From Lama guanicoe (lineage: Eukaryota), in the NCBI GenBank assembly GCA_013239625.1, contig MU053557.1, positions 3,006,291 to 3,070,122 on the forward strand: DNA of 63,832 nt. The letters are read 5' to 3'. Below, in pieces: positions 26,181 to 37,300 of this stretch. Position 1 is the first letter of the stretch. Each line of letters starts with the position of its first letter. Position numbers and translations under genes: made by a program. A model generated the notes under the pieces. It worked only from the letters and a program-made list of their open reading frames with translations, had not been told where the DNA came from and did no database searches.

Positions 26181-28684
26181 AAAATTTTTCCTCACCAATG
26201 ATGCTCTACTGGGTTTTCTTGAGAACAATTAAATTACACACACCTCAGTGAATGCTCTGGAATAAATAAGCACATGGATGTATATATATATATACATATA
26301 CAGTTGGCACCACGACTGCTCATTTCTTATGTGCTTTCACTCAACCCATTTTTCCTCTATTTCTCTTTCTCAGTTAATTATTTTCCAGTAAGCATAGATG
26401 AGGGAACAATTTGATACTATGTCTATCTTTTTGTTTTGGACACGAGATATCAAATGTTCCCATTACGTCTTGTTTCCTTCCCTCGCAATTAAATTATGTC
26501 ACATCACAGGGCTGAGTGGTGAAGACAGAGTGATACGCATTGTGCACTCACTAGAATGCTTGCTTCTTTGAGAACAGGGGTTGGTTTATTAATCTTCGTG
26601 TCTCCAGCTCCTGGCTGGTGCTGCCCCTACTGTAGACAAATGATAAACCCTGCAGGAATGGGTTGTTAAAAAAATCGTGAACTTGAAGTTACAGTATTTG
26701 TAATGGCAGTTTAGAAACTGCAAATGTCAATCATTTAATGAAAGTAAGAACAAAATGGAGTGTTTTTGTCAAGATAATAGCTAAAAGAAAACTTCAGGTT
26801 TTCATACACAGTTTCAAACAGTGATTAAATTGATCGAAGTGGACAAACCAGGTAAACCTGAACATGAAACTGAATTTCAACACATACTTGAGAACTTATG
26901 GAATCTGAGACATTGTGCTGGGTTCTAACAATTTATTTTGTAAGTAAGGAGAATTTTCTTACTGCTGTAAGAGAGAATGCGTCTTCTTAGTAAGTGAGAA
27001 TAATTTGCATACCAGGCCAACAGAAAATAAAGCTTTGTCTTTTGTGGAGAGGGCAGAGGAATCTCACTGAAACTTGACTCTAAGGAGGTCCATTTCCTGC
27101 TTAATGGATCTGAGGGCCTCCCACTGCCATTATGTCTATACTTCAAGCTCTTTTCCATAGTATATTTGGTTCTTCAGCTCTTTCTTCCATCCTCTCTCAC
27201 TCCCTCTGTACTCCTTAGTCTCCAGTCACAGTAAATATTTTATAGTTCTCCCCAAATATAGTGTTTTTGTATGACTCCAGTCTCCAGATCTGGGAGGCCT
27301 TGCTCTCTGTTTAGTGACCCCCTCATTCATCCTTCAAGACAATGAATACACATTACTGAAACTTCCGGCATCTTTAGGCAGAGGAAACTGATTCAGCCAG
27401 TGCTCCCAGGGGGCTTCCACTGGGTATCTATCAATCTTAGGCTGTAGTCCCACCTCCATCAAACCATAAAACCCTCATGTCCAGCGAACATATCTTATTT
27501 GTCTTTGTATGTTTTGAATTTTGCCCACTAAATGTCCACTTACATCATGGGAATGGTTACTGCTTTGAAGTATAATATGTCTTTTTGTATTTTCCTCCTG
27601 AACTAAGAAAGAAAAGAATGATGGAAATATACAATCATTTACTTATTTGATGAAACACTTCTATTTACCAAACACTGGTTCAGCACTGGATATATTAATG
27701 GTGGACAAGACAGAGATTATTCCTTCCCCCATGGAGCCTGCATTCAGTGGGGGAAAGCAAAGAACCTACATAAGCCAATTAATTACAGCTCATGATAAAT
27801 AATAAGATAGAAGAAATTAATGTGTATAGTGGAGAATGGAGGAAGTAGCAGGGAAACATCTTCAGCTAAGGAACTGAGGAAAGATCTTTCTGAACTAGAG
27901 GAAAATGAGCTGATAGCTGAATGATGAGAAGTCTAGAACCATGTCCATGCATAAACAAGAGCCGTTCAAATATCCTGGGGTGGGGACAAGTTCGGCATGA
28001 TCTTCAGAAAGCCATGGCGGCTGGAGTGGAGTGGGCAGAGGAACACTGGTCCTGGATGCAGTTGGACCAATTGGCAGGGAATGGACAGTATAAGGCTTTG
28101 TCTACTGCAGAAAAGAGCATCACTTTATTCTCAACGTGGTGGAACCCAGTATACAGCATCAAGCCAAGAATGGCATGGTTGTATTGGTGTGGTATTAATG
28201 TTTCTGCTGCAAGCCATTACTTATAAAAACAAAATGTTTTAAAACTCTAGATATCTATCTGGGCAAAACTTCCTCACTGGTTTACTGGTTACTTCATTCT
28301 CCTCGCCGCTGGGGGGCTCCAGAGATTGTCATAAGTATCCAGCCTGGTTAGTCTCCCAAGTGACTGCTTTATGGCGGTCTCCTTAAACAGCTGTGTTTAA
28401 GACATAAATATTAGCAGGAAAGTATAAACAACAGTATGAATAAATAGGAGGTTAAAACAAACAGCTCTTTGAAATAGGTCTGCATTTGATAGACTACACA
28501 TGATACTGGAATTAGAATCACTATTTGTTCTATAAAACCCATGGTATGCCTAATCTTTACATTAGGACAGATTAGTTTTATTTTAAGCAAAAGTGACTGT
28601 ACTGACAGAAGATTTGTAGAAGATATCTGAGAAGCACTGGTACAGAACCTAGCAGCCTGCTAATTAAAATGACTATCTTAACGA

Positions 28685-28920
28685 TTGCCAGTTTCTGAGC
28701 ACTTACTCTGTGCTGCCTAGCACTGTACCAAATGCATTATTATATACGTTATTTCATTTAATCCTCCATTCATCAGAGCGGATAGGAATGACCACTATCC
28801 CCTTTACTAAACTGGAAAGTTGAGTTTCAGGACCTTTAAGTGACTTGGCCAACATCTCAGAGATATTAAGTGGTGGAGCTGGCATTTGGGTGAAAGGCTG
28901 CCTGATTCCAAAGCCCTTTA
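28685..28920 (-). mobile_element. MIR SINE
   Basis: tgagcacttactctgtg...atttcatttaatcctc...taagtgacttggccaacatc...ctgcctgattccaaagccc. Confidence 0.75.
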
Positions 28921-29745
28921 TGCAAACCGGGACCAAAAGGAGGCTTCCGGAGACTTTAATTCTAGTCACAGCCCACTTACTTGCAATTACAGTTTTCTTA
29001 GTGTTAAATGGATATCATTATCTCCTAGGGGAGAGGAGGAGATAATAATACAAGCCCAGTGATTTTGTAGTGCATCTCCAGTGCCATGAAGACAAAGAGT
29101 TTTATAAACTACCAGATGTTCTATAAAAATAATGTATTTTCAGCCAGGTGCCTGATTTGTACCTTAAAAATAATATCCTCTCCCCCAAAAGGAATGCCTT
29201 AAAAATTCTCTTGCTCTTTTTTTTTTAATTTGGTTGCCTTCTTTTGGAACTTGACCCAAATTCCTCTTTGAATGTTCGTTTATATCATCTGATCCTCTCT
29301 CAGACGGTTCTTCATAAGGAGCTGCAACATAAGGTAAGTTTCTACAGAGTTTTGCCTCCAGCTCACTCTGTGGCTTTCAGTAAATCCCTTCCTCAGGACC
29401 CCAAATGCCAAAGGAAAGAGAGAATTAGTTGAAATTCAAGGTTACTCCAAGTTTCACACCACTAGCCCATAGTTAGTGATAGCCCATGGCTGAAGTAATA
29501 GAAAGAAGAGGAAAGGGGCTAGGTCACAATAAAAGAAGGTAAGTTCTCTGAAATAATTGTTTAATTAGCAAATTACGGGGTTCTTGCCTATCAGGTGACC
29601 ACTGACACCTTCAATAATAACAGTAGATATTTAAGATGCATCAGACACCATCCTATAAGCTGATACTAAAACTGGTGACCAAAGCCAAAATGGTTCCAGC
29701 ATTCTGTGCAACTTCCTATCTAGACAGATCAAAAAGTGGAAGTCC

Positions 29746-30740
29746 GACAATCTATGGAATGAGAGAAAATATCTGCAAATGATGCAACTGACAAAGTTAA
29801 TTTCCAGAATATATAAACAGCTCATACAACTTAACAAAAAAACACAAACAACCCAATCCAAAAATGGGCAGAAGACCTAAACAAGCAATTCTCCAATGAA
29901 GACATACAAATGAACAATAGGCACATGAAAAAAGGCTCAATATTGCTAATTATCAGAGAAAGCAAATCAAAACAACAATGGGGTATCACCTCACACCAGT
30001 CAGAATTGCCATCATTCAGAAGTTCACAAACGATAAAATACCAGAGAGGGTGTGGAGAAAAGGGAACCCTCCTACACTGTTGGTGGGAATGTAGTTTGGT
30101 GCAGCCACTATGGAAAACAGTGTGGAGCCCTCAAAAGACTAAAAATACTTACCATATGATCCAGCAATCCCACTCCTGGGCATATATCCAGAGGGAACCT
30201 TAATTCAAAAAGATGCGTGCACCCCAATGTTCATAGCAGCACTATTTACAATAGCCAAGACATGGAAGCAACCTACATGTCCCGTGATGGATGACTAGAT
30301 AAAGAGGTTGTTTTATATTTATACAATGGAATACTACTCAGGGATTTTAAAAAAGAATAAAATAATGCCATCTGCAGCAACATGGATGTACCTGGAGATT
30401 GTCATTCTATGTGAAGTAAGCCAGAAAGAGAAAGAAGAACTCACTTACGAAACAGAAGCAGACTTGAATACACAATAAACAGTCTTATGGTTATTAGGGG
30501 AAAGGGGATGGGAAAGGATAAATTTGTAAGTTTGAGATTTGCAAATGTTAACCACTATATATATATATAAATAGATTAAAACAAAAAAATTTCTTCTTAA
30601 TAGCATAGGGAACTATATTCAATATTTTGTAATATCCCTTTATGAAAACAAATATATGTATATACACGCATGACTGGGACATTATGCTGCGCACGAGAAA
30701 TTGATGTATTGTAACTGACTATACTTCAATTAAAAAAAAA
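29746..30740 (+). mobile_element. 5'-truncated lineage-specific L1 (~1 kb) with probable TSD
   Basis: ORF2 C-terminal remnant ([15 protein letters not shown]), 3'UTR and A tail. Flanks aaaaagtggaagtccga (29731-29747) and aaaaagtgggaatctga (30736-30752) match at 14/17. Confidence 0.92.
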
Positions 30741-30774
30741 GTGGGAATCTGAAAAAGACGTGTCTGCCACAGAC

Positions 30775-30960
30775 GCATTTTGTTGGATCAATACAGTTTT
30801 TTAACATTTTAAAAACTTGACAGTGTTTCTAAATAATGGGAGATTTCACGCAGGAGTTCTCATTTCTAGCTTCTCTTAAAATCTGAATATTTGGAATGCG
30901 GAGCTGGCATTTCCACGCCGCAGGAGAATGCTGGAGTTGAGTAGAAGCTGTCCCTACCCC
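30775..30960. mobile_element. MER102-like hAT DNA transposon remnant
   Basis: atttctagcttctcttaaaatctgaatatttgg...gctggagttgagtagaagctgtccc resembles recalled MER102. Confidence 0.55.
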
Positions 30961-31409
30961 ACTCCCAAACTAGACCTACACCCTTCAGTTCCCCTGCCTC
31001 ACAACTGCCCAAGATTACACACCTTCACCATTTCAGTAAGCAGCCTATGTACCTAATCTCCGAATGCTTAGGTGTGTGTGACTCTTAAGTTAGAAGGAAA
31101 GCATAATATTTCAATCGTATTGAGTATTATTACAAAGGGAAGTACAAGGGAGCTGCCGTGGGAGACAACAAAGAAACTTCCAGCGGGATTGATGTTAAAG
31201 ATGGGGCTGGGAGCCAGGAGACCCGGGTCAAGAAACCGTTCTCTTCATTAATGATGTTATGCTGGGTAGATATACTTCTTCTCTGTCTCAATTTCCCCAG
31301 CCGTAAAACGAGGGAATCTATAAAATCATAACCGTTAAATGATTCTTCATGTAGGGACCTATAAAATTCTCAGCCCTGTACTGGATCTCCGCAACACCCC
31401 CAGAAAGTC

Positions 31410-32000
31410 TTAAAGAAAATCGCGCCTTTCCCCATCTAAGATCCGCAGGCTCGTATCCGCCACCTTCAAAGCCACCATCCTCCGCAGCAGTGTCGCCTGG
31501 GTATCTTGAGGGGGCGGGGGGAGGGTGTCACTTAAGGGGAACCAGACCTCGGCCCGGGAAGTTGGGGCGCGCACTGCGTCCTGGCGGCCCCGACTCGTGC
31601 CAAAGCGTCGCGGGATCCCACTGCCAGCTCGCAGAGCAGTCCTCCGGCCTCGCCCTCCCCTGGCTGAGCGCGGAGCCCAGGCGGCTGCCTGGCCGATTGT
31701 GCGTAGCCGGGCGCCCGAGAACGCCGGCAAGCGACCTGCTCCCCGCCCCGGCCCGGGATCCGCCCCTCCCGGAGTAGCTGCGCGCGCTTGGCCGGCACTA
31801 GGAACCACCGGCAGCCGCAGGTGCCCGCCCGCCCCCGCCCCGCCGAGCCCAGCCCAGCGCTCGCGCTCGCGATCGCAGTGCGCCCTGCCAGGTAGGTGCC
31901 TTTCCCTGCTCACTCCTCCTTTCTCGGAGTTTCTCAGTTAGCCCCTGCTCCCCGGGTGGAAGCATTCTCGGAAGGCGTGGAAGGACCGCCAAGATCTAGG
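31410..32000. promoter_or_regulatory. STK32A: CpG island promoter of STK32A with GC boxes
   Basis: The only strongly GC- and CpG-rich stretch in an otherwise CpG-depleted window. Sp/KLF-type GC boxes at ~31511-31520, 31741-31750 and 31824-31843; ~3.8 kb upstream of the start codon. Confidence 0.9.
31877..31999 (+). other. STK32A: Probable non-coding exon 1 of STK32A (5' end uncertain)
   Basis: Lies at the 3' edge of the CpG island and ends at a near-consensus donor TAG|GTGAGT (intron starts 32000). No ATG within it. The start is inferred from an Inr-like CGCAGT at 31874-31879. Confidence 0.65.
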
Positions 32001-32379
32001 TGAGTGATGGTCTAGATTCTCTTCCTTTTAAGTAACCGTGCATTCTAAGGGCACCGCTGGGAAGCTAGGAAGTTAAAAGGGAAGAGAAAGAAGACGAAGG
32101 CAAGCGATCAGGATAACCCACCACGACCTGATAGGGCTGGGCCACTCCGAGCTTCTTCGCTATTTTGTACCTCACTTTGTCACCCTAGCCTCTGACTCAG
32201 TTCCAGACGCAGACAGACTTCAACAAATATTTGCTGGGGGGAGATGAGCGCGTGAGATGTTTCTGCTTGTTTCTCTTATCCAGCTTCTAAACAAGCCCAG
32301 CTGCCTTTGATGGTTGGCTTCATCTCCACCAGGATTCCCTTCCCCCCAGCAAAGCTGAAGGATTTGAACATGTTTACAC

Positions 32380-32760
32380 AAATAAAGTTGCCATGGGTTC
32401 ACACAATGGACTGCTATGCAGCACTTAAAAAGCACTTAAAAAGCAGTAGAGATCAGCGTGCCTAGACCACAGAAGTATAATGAGAAATGTTCACAGTAGG
32501 ATGAAAAATATGGTATCATTTAGGTGGCTTATCTTAAAACACATGCTGTATATGTAAAACTGTCCAAAGTGGAATGTAAAAGGTATACCAGATTCATGAT
32601 TGTGGCTGTTTAGGTTAAGTATGAAAGGGGAGTTAACTTGGCATGAGGACTGAGGTGGAAATTATATTTACCCACAGTTTTTAGTATATAAAAATGATGA
32701 AGCAAGAGCTGAAGAAATATAAACAATAGTTAACTGCAAGGGGTGTTGACTTGGGTGCTT
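32380..32760 (+). mobile_element. Old L1 (L1ME-like) 3' fragment
   Basis: cacacaatggactgctatgcagcacttaaaaa resembles the L1 3' region; highly diverged. Confidence 0.45.
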
Positions 32761-35687
32761 TTCAGGATCTTTGTTTTTTTTTTCCCCTGAGTTTCTAAAT
32801 TTGTCTCAGCTTGAGTAGTTACAGTTTTCAAATACAAACAAAACAAGTTATGTCTGTGCATATGCTGTGGCAATACAACTAGACAGCTCTGTTAGAAGTC
32901 ACAGCTTTCTTCCATCACAGCATAGATTCTTCAGTTCCTGCAGAAGACACCTCCTTACCTAGGGCACCTCAGCAGCCTGGATAATCTCAAGTATTGATAG
33001 CCCCGAAAAGTATAGGCCAAAGGTCAACTGTTGTCTGCAGTGAATAATCCAGTGTGTGGCCAGATCAGAATCTGAAAAGCCCTGTGTTCCTATAAGACAC
33101 ACTGCTGTTTCTCTTCTATTTTCTGTTTAGGATGTCCATTTCCATGGGTGGTGACTGTCCTCTTGACATCTCAAAATGATGCACTGCAGACTTAACATCA
33201 GGAGGTCAGGAAAGGATATGGCCCCTCTGGGGTCCTATAGCCCTTCTGGGCCCTATTCAGTAGCATGGAAAAGGTTTGTCTCCATTTTGCTGCCAGAAAA
33301 AGGTTGATTTCTTTCTGGATATGAGTTACCATTTAGTTACCCATAAGGGGAGGGGAAAAAAAAAGACAATTCTACACTGTTTTGGGTTTATTAGGTGCAT
33401 TGGAAAAGCCACCACCCAATGGCCCACTCCTCCTGCTCCTCCTCTAAACACACAAAAGTGGTTCCCTGTTTACACATTTTCTTTGCGCCAAAAAAATCAC
33501 TGGATGTTTGGTGAACAAAACTATCTGCATCAGAAGGGAACTCAGAAATATGGCAAATTGTGATAATATTCTTTCTCTTTCTGACTTGACAATTTGCAAG
33601 GTCAGTGCTTGGTACATCTTGTGTTGCAGGAAGATGGGCTACTTGAGAAAAGCCTGAAGTGTGAAGAAAAATGTAAGAATGACAGCATTGGGGTGTGGTG
33701 TGAAAAATACATGTACTGAGGCTTTAGGCGCAAAATTTAGAGAATGCAGTATTAACAATGACAGCTCCTTAAAATTGATGTTCTCTTTAGGACCAAGTCT
33801 ATCGAATGTCATCCATGGTTCAGCCCTTACGCTAGTCCCTGCTTATTCTGGACTCTAAATGCAGTAAGGAAACACACAGGGCACCTCCATTTGCTTCTCC
33901 CTGGCCCACAATGGAACACTGATGGCATCCCACCTGCTTCTTCCTCACTCCCCTGAGGAGTGGGAATTAAAAGCCCTTCGTTTTTTAGCTCAGAGATACA
34001 ACTGAGTTCTTTCTGTCATGATCTCCATCATCATCCCCTCCAGCTTCCTCCAGCCACCTGTTACCACCTGCCCCTCCCTGCTCCCTCCCTTCTCCCATAC
34101 CGTTTAATCTCTTGCTTCCTAATTACTGACTCTGTCTTTGTTCTCCATTTAATGATTCTTTTCTGCAAGTCCAGAAGGCACTTTGCCAGCAGTTGGCTTT
34201 CAGTAGGAAAAGTCGCATTTCCTTAATGAGTCTGCCTCCCAAATGAAGGCTTCACTTACGTTTTCCCTAATAGGAAGAGGAGGTTTTCTTCTAGATTTGC
34301 TCAGGGGCTCCTCAAATTCCTTTTCAGTAACTCATCCTTAATCCAGATTTGCTTGGAAACTTTTTTCAATTCTGACTCTAATCTGTATTTCTTTCATGTG
34401 CAAAGAGTCCAAGAGAAAATCAACAGGTGTCAAATTAAAATAATAATAACAATACATACTAAGGAAATGCTGTCACTATTAAAAACAGCAGTAACTAATA
34501 CTAATTCTTTGCAAATTATGTGCCAGGCATTGTGCTAGTTGCCTCATGCAGACTGTCTCATTAACTATATGCCATGAGTTGTATTTCTCTCATGCATATG
34601 ACTTGCTCAAGCCTTATAGCTAAAACGAATTTTGAAACATTGTTTTGTATAAAACCTGAATCTTTACTCTTTTTGAGGTAGATCTGAAGATCTAGCCCCT
34701 GGAACCATGTTTCCACTTACCAACTATCTTTTAGATCCCAGGGCGGTGATGTCTTTTAGATGGAGGCTGGATCCACCAGGTCACCAGTGTCCCCACCAGG
34801 CAGTAATGGCTTCCCCCGATCCAGCTCACTGATTTGCATTTTTGTCTGGCTCTTGCAGGCATCTGAGTTGTTTCTCCCATTTAAGAGACAAGAGGTGAAG
34901 TAATTGGCCCAAAGCCATTATCACTGTCAGTTTTAGAACTAGAACTCTGGATACTACTGCTCTTTATCAATTTCTGGGAAAGTGAAGTTCTTTATAATTA
35001 TGTTGAAAAATGGACAAAGCCATCAATGTACATTTTCAGGGCTTTTTAGCTCTCACATACATCATTTAATTTGAGCTTCCAAGTGGCCAACAATTACTGA
35101 GCACTTATGCTGTGAAAATATCTTACATTTTGTCTCATGAAATCACATTTAATTGCCTTGGAGGTAACAACCATTATGATCTTCGAGTTCAGGGGAAGGA
35201 AAAAAAGAAACGTGTTCTGTGAAATTCAGTAGCCTGCTGGTGCGGTGAAGCCCAAACATCATACCTTGTTCCCGGGCAGGAGGGAAGAGATGTCTTTTTA
35301 TGATTGAAAAAAATTAAGTTGTTGATATCACATTAAAAAGATGTTTAAAATTTACATATTATCTCAAAAATATGGAGCATCACAATAAAATATTATTTTT
35401 ATTTTATAGTTAAATAAGGCATTGCTGACCTCATTTTAAACTTGTCTTCATACTTAGAAAGATATTTTGCTTTCCCCCTTCTTTGTAAGTCCAGGTCCAC
35501 ATCTGATGAGGCCATGCAGTGCATTCTCCCAGATGCTTGATGTTCTGTTATTTCTGAAATTACCGTTTTCAAGAAAAAGGAATTCCACTGCAGTGGTATA
35601 GATTAGGTTAATTTTTGGCCACCGTCTGTTATCAGGGTACGTAGAATACAGTGTATCAGAAGGATACCATTTATTTTTCTCTCCTAG

Positions 35688-35838
35688 ATATCCAGCTGAG
35701 GTTTCTGGACCTCTTTTGAGTGAAGATGACTGTTTCTGCCTAGAAAATGTAACTGGAGGATCCAAGAGGTCTGGGCAGACTTGACCATGGGAGCAAACAC
35801 TTCAAGCAAACCACCGGTGTTTGACGAAAACGAGGATG
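35688..35838 (+). other. STK32A: STK32A exon 2 (99 nt 5'UTR + 52 nt CDS)
   Basis: Polypyrimidine tract and acceptor tttatttttctctcctag ending 35687; donor gtgaga at 35839; contains the start codon. Confidence 0.85.
35787..35838 (+). CDS. STK32A: First coding exon segment of serine/threonine kinase 32A (YANK1); encodes MGANTSSKPPVFDENED plus 1 nt, phase-1 intron follows
   Basis: ATG in strong Kozak context (accATGG) at 35787. The translation matches the recalled mammalian STK32A N-terminus (MGANTSxKxPVFDENEDV...). It ends at a GT donor (GATG|gtgaga, 35839). Too short to appear in the ORF track. Confidence 0.93.
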
Positions 35839-36949
35839 GTGAGAAACGTGATAATTGTGTATAAATGTAAAATTTGCAGAATTCAAATAGAAGCTCCTAG
35901 CTTCGTAAGTAAATTGCAAAGTAAGATCTTTAAAAAGGTAGAACTCCAGGGGTCTGAGGACCTTGTATGCTAAGAGCTGGATTTACCTTACACTTTAACA
36001 GGACCCTGGACAGCTTTCATAATCACAACTGTACCAGTGCCCTTTGTCCAAAGGGAACTGTGGTTGGATGCCTGGTGGATACAAGACCTTGAAATTATGT
36101 GATTTGTTTGTTCTTTGTGCTCTTTTCTTGACAGGTGAAGTTACCCCTACTGCTAGTTGTTCTAAAAATTTTTCTTGTATTATCAACTTGCACGTGAACA
36201 GTAATTGATAGTCATAGTATTATAGAGTGGAGTCATGCAAGTTGGTGCCTTCTGAGCTTCTGACTGGCATGCTTCAGGGTCCTAGACAAATTCCACAACG
36301 CTAAGTTCACAGGAAAGGGAATCAGGTTTACCAGAGGAAAGGGAAACTTTCCAGATCGGGCTCAGCAAGAAAAGAAGTGCAGGCCTGGGTCCTCCTGACC
36401 CACCTGTCATCCCAGAACGAGGCCTGACAGAACCGGGCATGGGCCTCCCCGTGACCCTCTTCCTTCCTAGAGCAGAAGTGTGAACAGCCTTGTATATATA
36501 TGCTGTTTATGGGCTATCTTGTAAAACAACCTGCCTCCCAGCTAATAAGTTGTTCAGGCTCCCCAGAGGGAGCCCCTAGAGTTATTTCCAGGGAGTTCTG
36601 CTAATTGACCACAAGAGAGAAGAACAACAAGCTGAAATTCAGGAGATCTGGGCACCAGCCCTACTACCAGCTACCTGTGAGGCTTAAAAAGCTGATGGAC
36701 TCTGTCTTCAATTTCCTCATCAGTAAAGTGGGAGGATAGGGTACTAACCTTGAAGGTCTTGTTCAACTCAAAAGTTTTATCATTGTGAGCTCCTAAAGCC
36801 ACTTTGCAAAAATTTTAAAGCACCATCTGAAACATCAAAGGAAAGCTGGGTGAAACAGAAACTACAAATCACAGAGGCTTTAGGAAGATGGTCATGTTTT
36901 CCTTTCTTACGTAACAATTTCGGTATAAGTAATGCAGGTGATATGTGCC

Positions 36950-37300
36950 TCTGAAGGGTTGGGGACTCTGGCTCTGACAAGTGAGCTTCTTTCCTTCTCT
37001 TCCCATCCCTCGAGTGCTGCTGTCACCCTCGCCTCTGGATGGCTCCCCACCACATCCAAATTCCAGCCAGTGGGAGGGGGAAGAAAGGGGAGACTGAGCC
37101 CCCTCCTTTTAAGCACATGATCTGCCTGTTGCTTGTCACCTTCATTCACATGCAGTATCAAGTTACAAAGGAGACTGGGAAATTTACTTAGTTATCTTGT
37201 GTGGCCATGAAACTTCTAAATAAGGAGTTCTGTTTTCTTACAAAAGAAGGAGAGAATTAGCTATTTGCTGTGGTTGGGGGGGCAAATAGAAGTCTGCTAT
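36950..37300 (-). mobile_element. Old MaLR LTR (MLT1J/K-like)
   Basis: caaaggagactgggaaattt...tggccatg...agaaggagagaa matches the reversed MLT1J/K terminus as recalled. Confidence 0.55.

Noticed and set aside
27679..27699. ttcagcactgga, resembling a REST/RE1 site
   Set aside because: Only a partial left half-site; lacks GGACAG and lies within an L2-like remnant.
31410..31992. Overlapping 64-167 aa ORFs on both strands in the GC-rich region
   Set aside because: Ala/Arg/Pro/Gly-rich low-complexity translations, as expected where stop codons are scarce in a CpG island; no recognisable domain.
32421..32445. Short direct repeats (gcacttaaaaa x2 here; tagaaaaagagtt x2 at 49727-49757)
   Set aside because: Two-copy slippage-type duplications with no array or spacer structure; no CRISPR-like organisation anywhere in the window.
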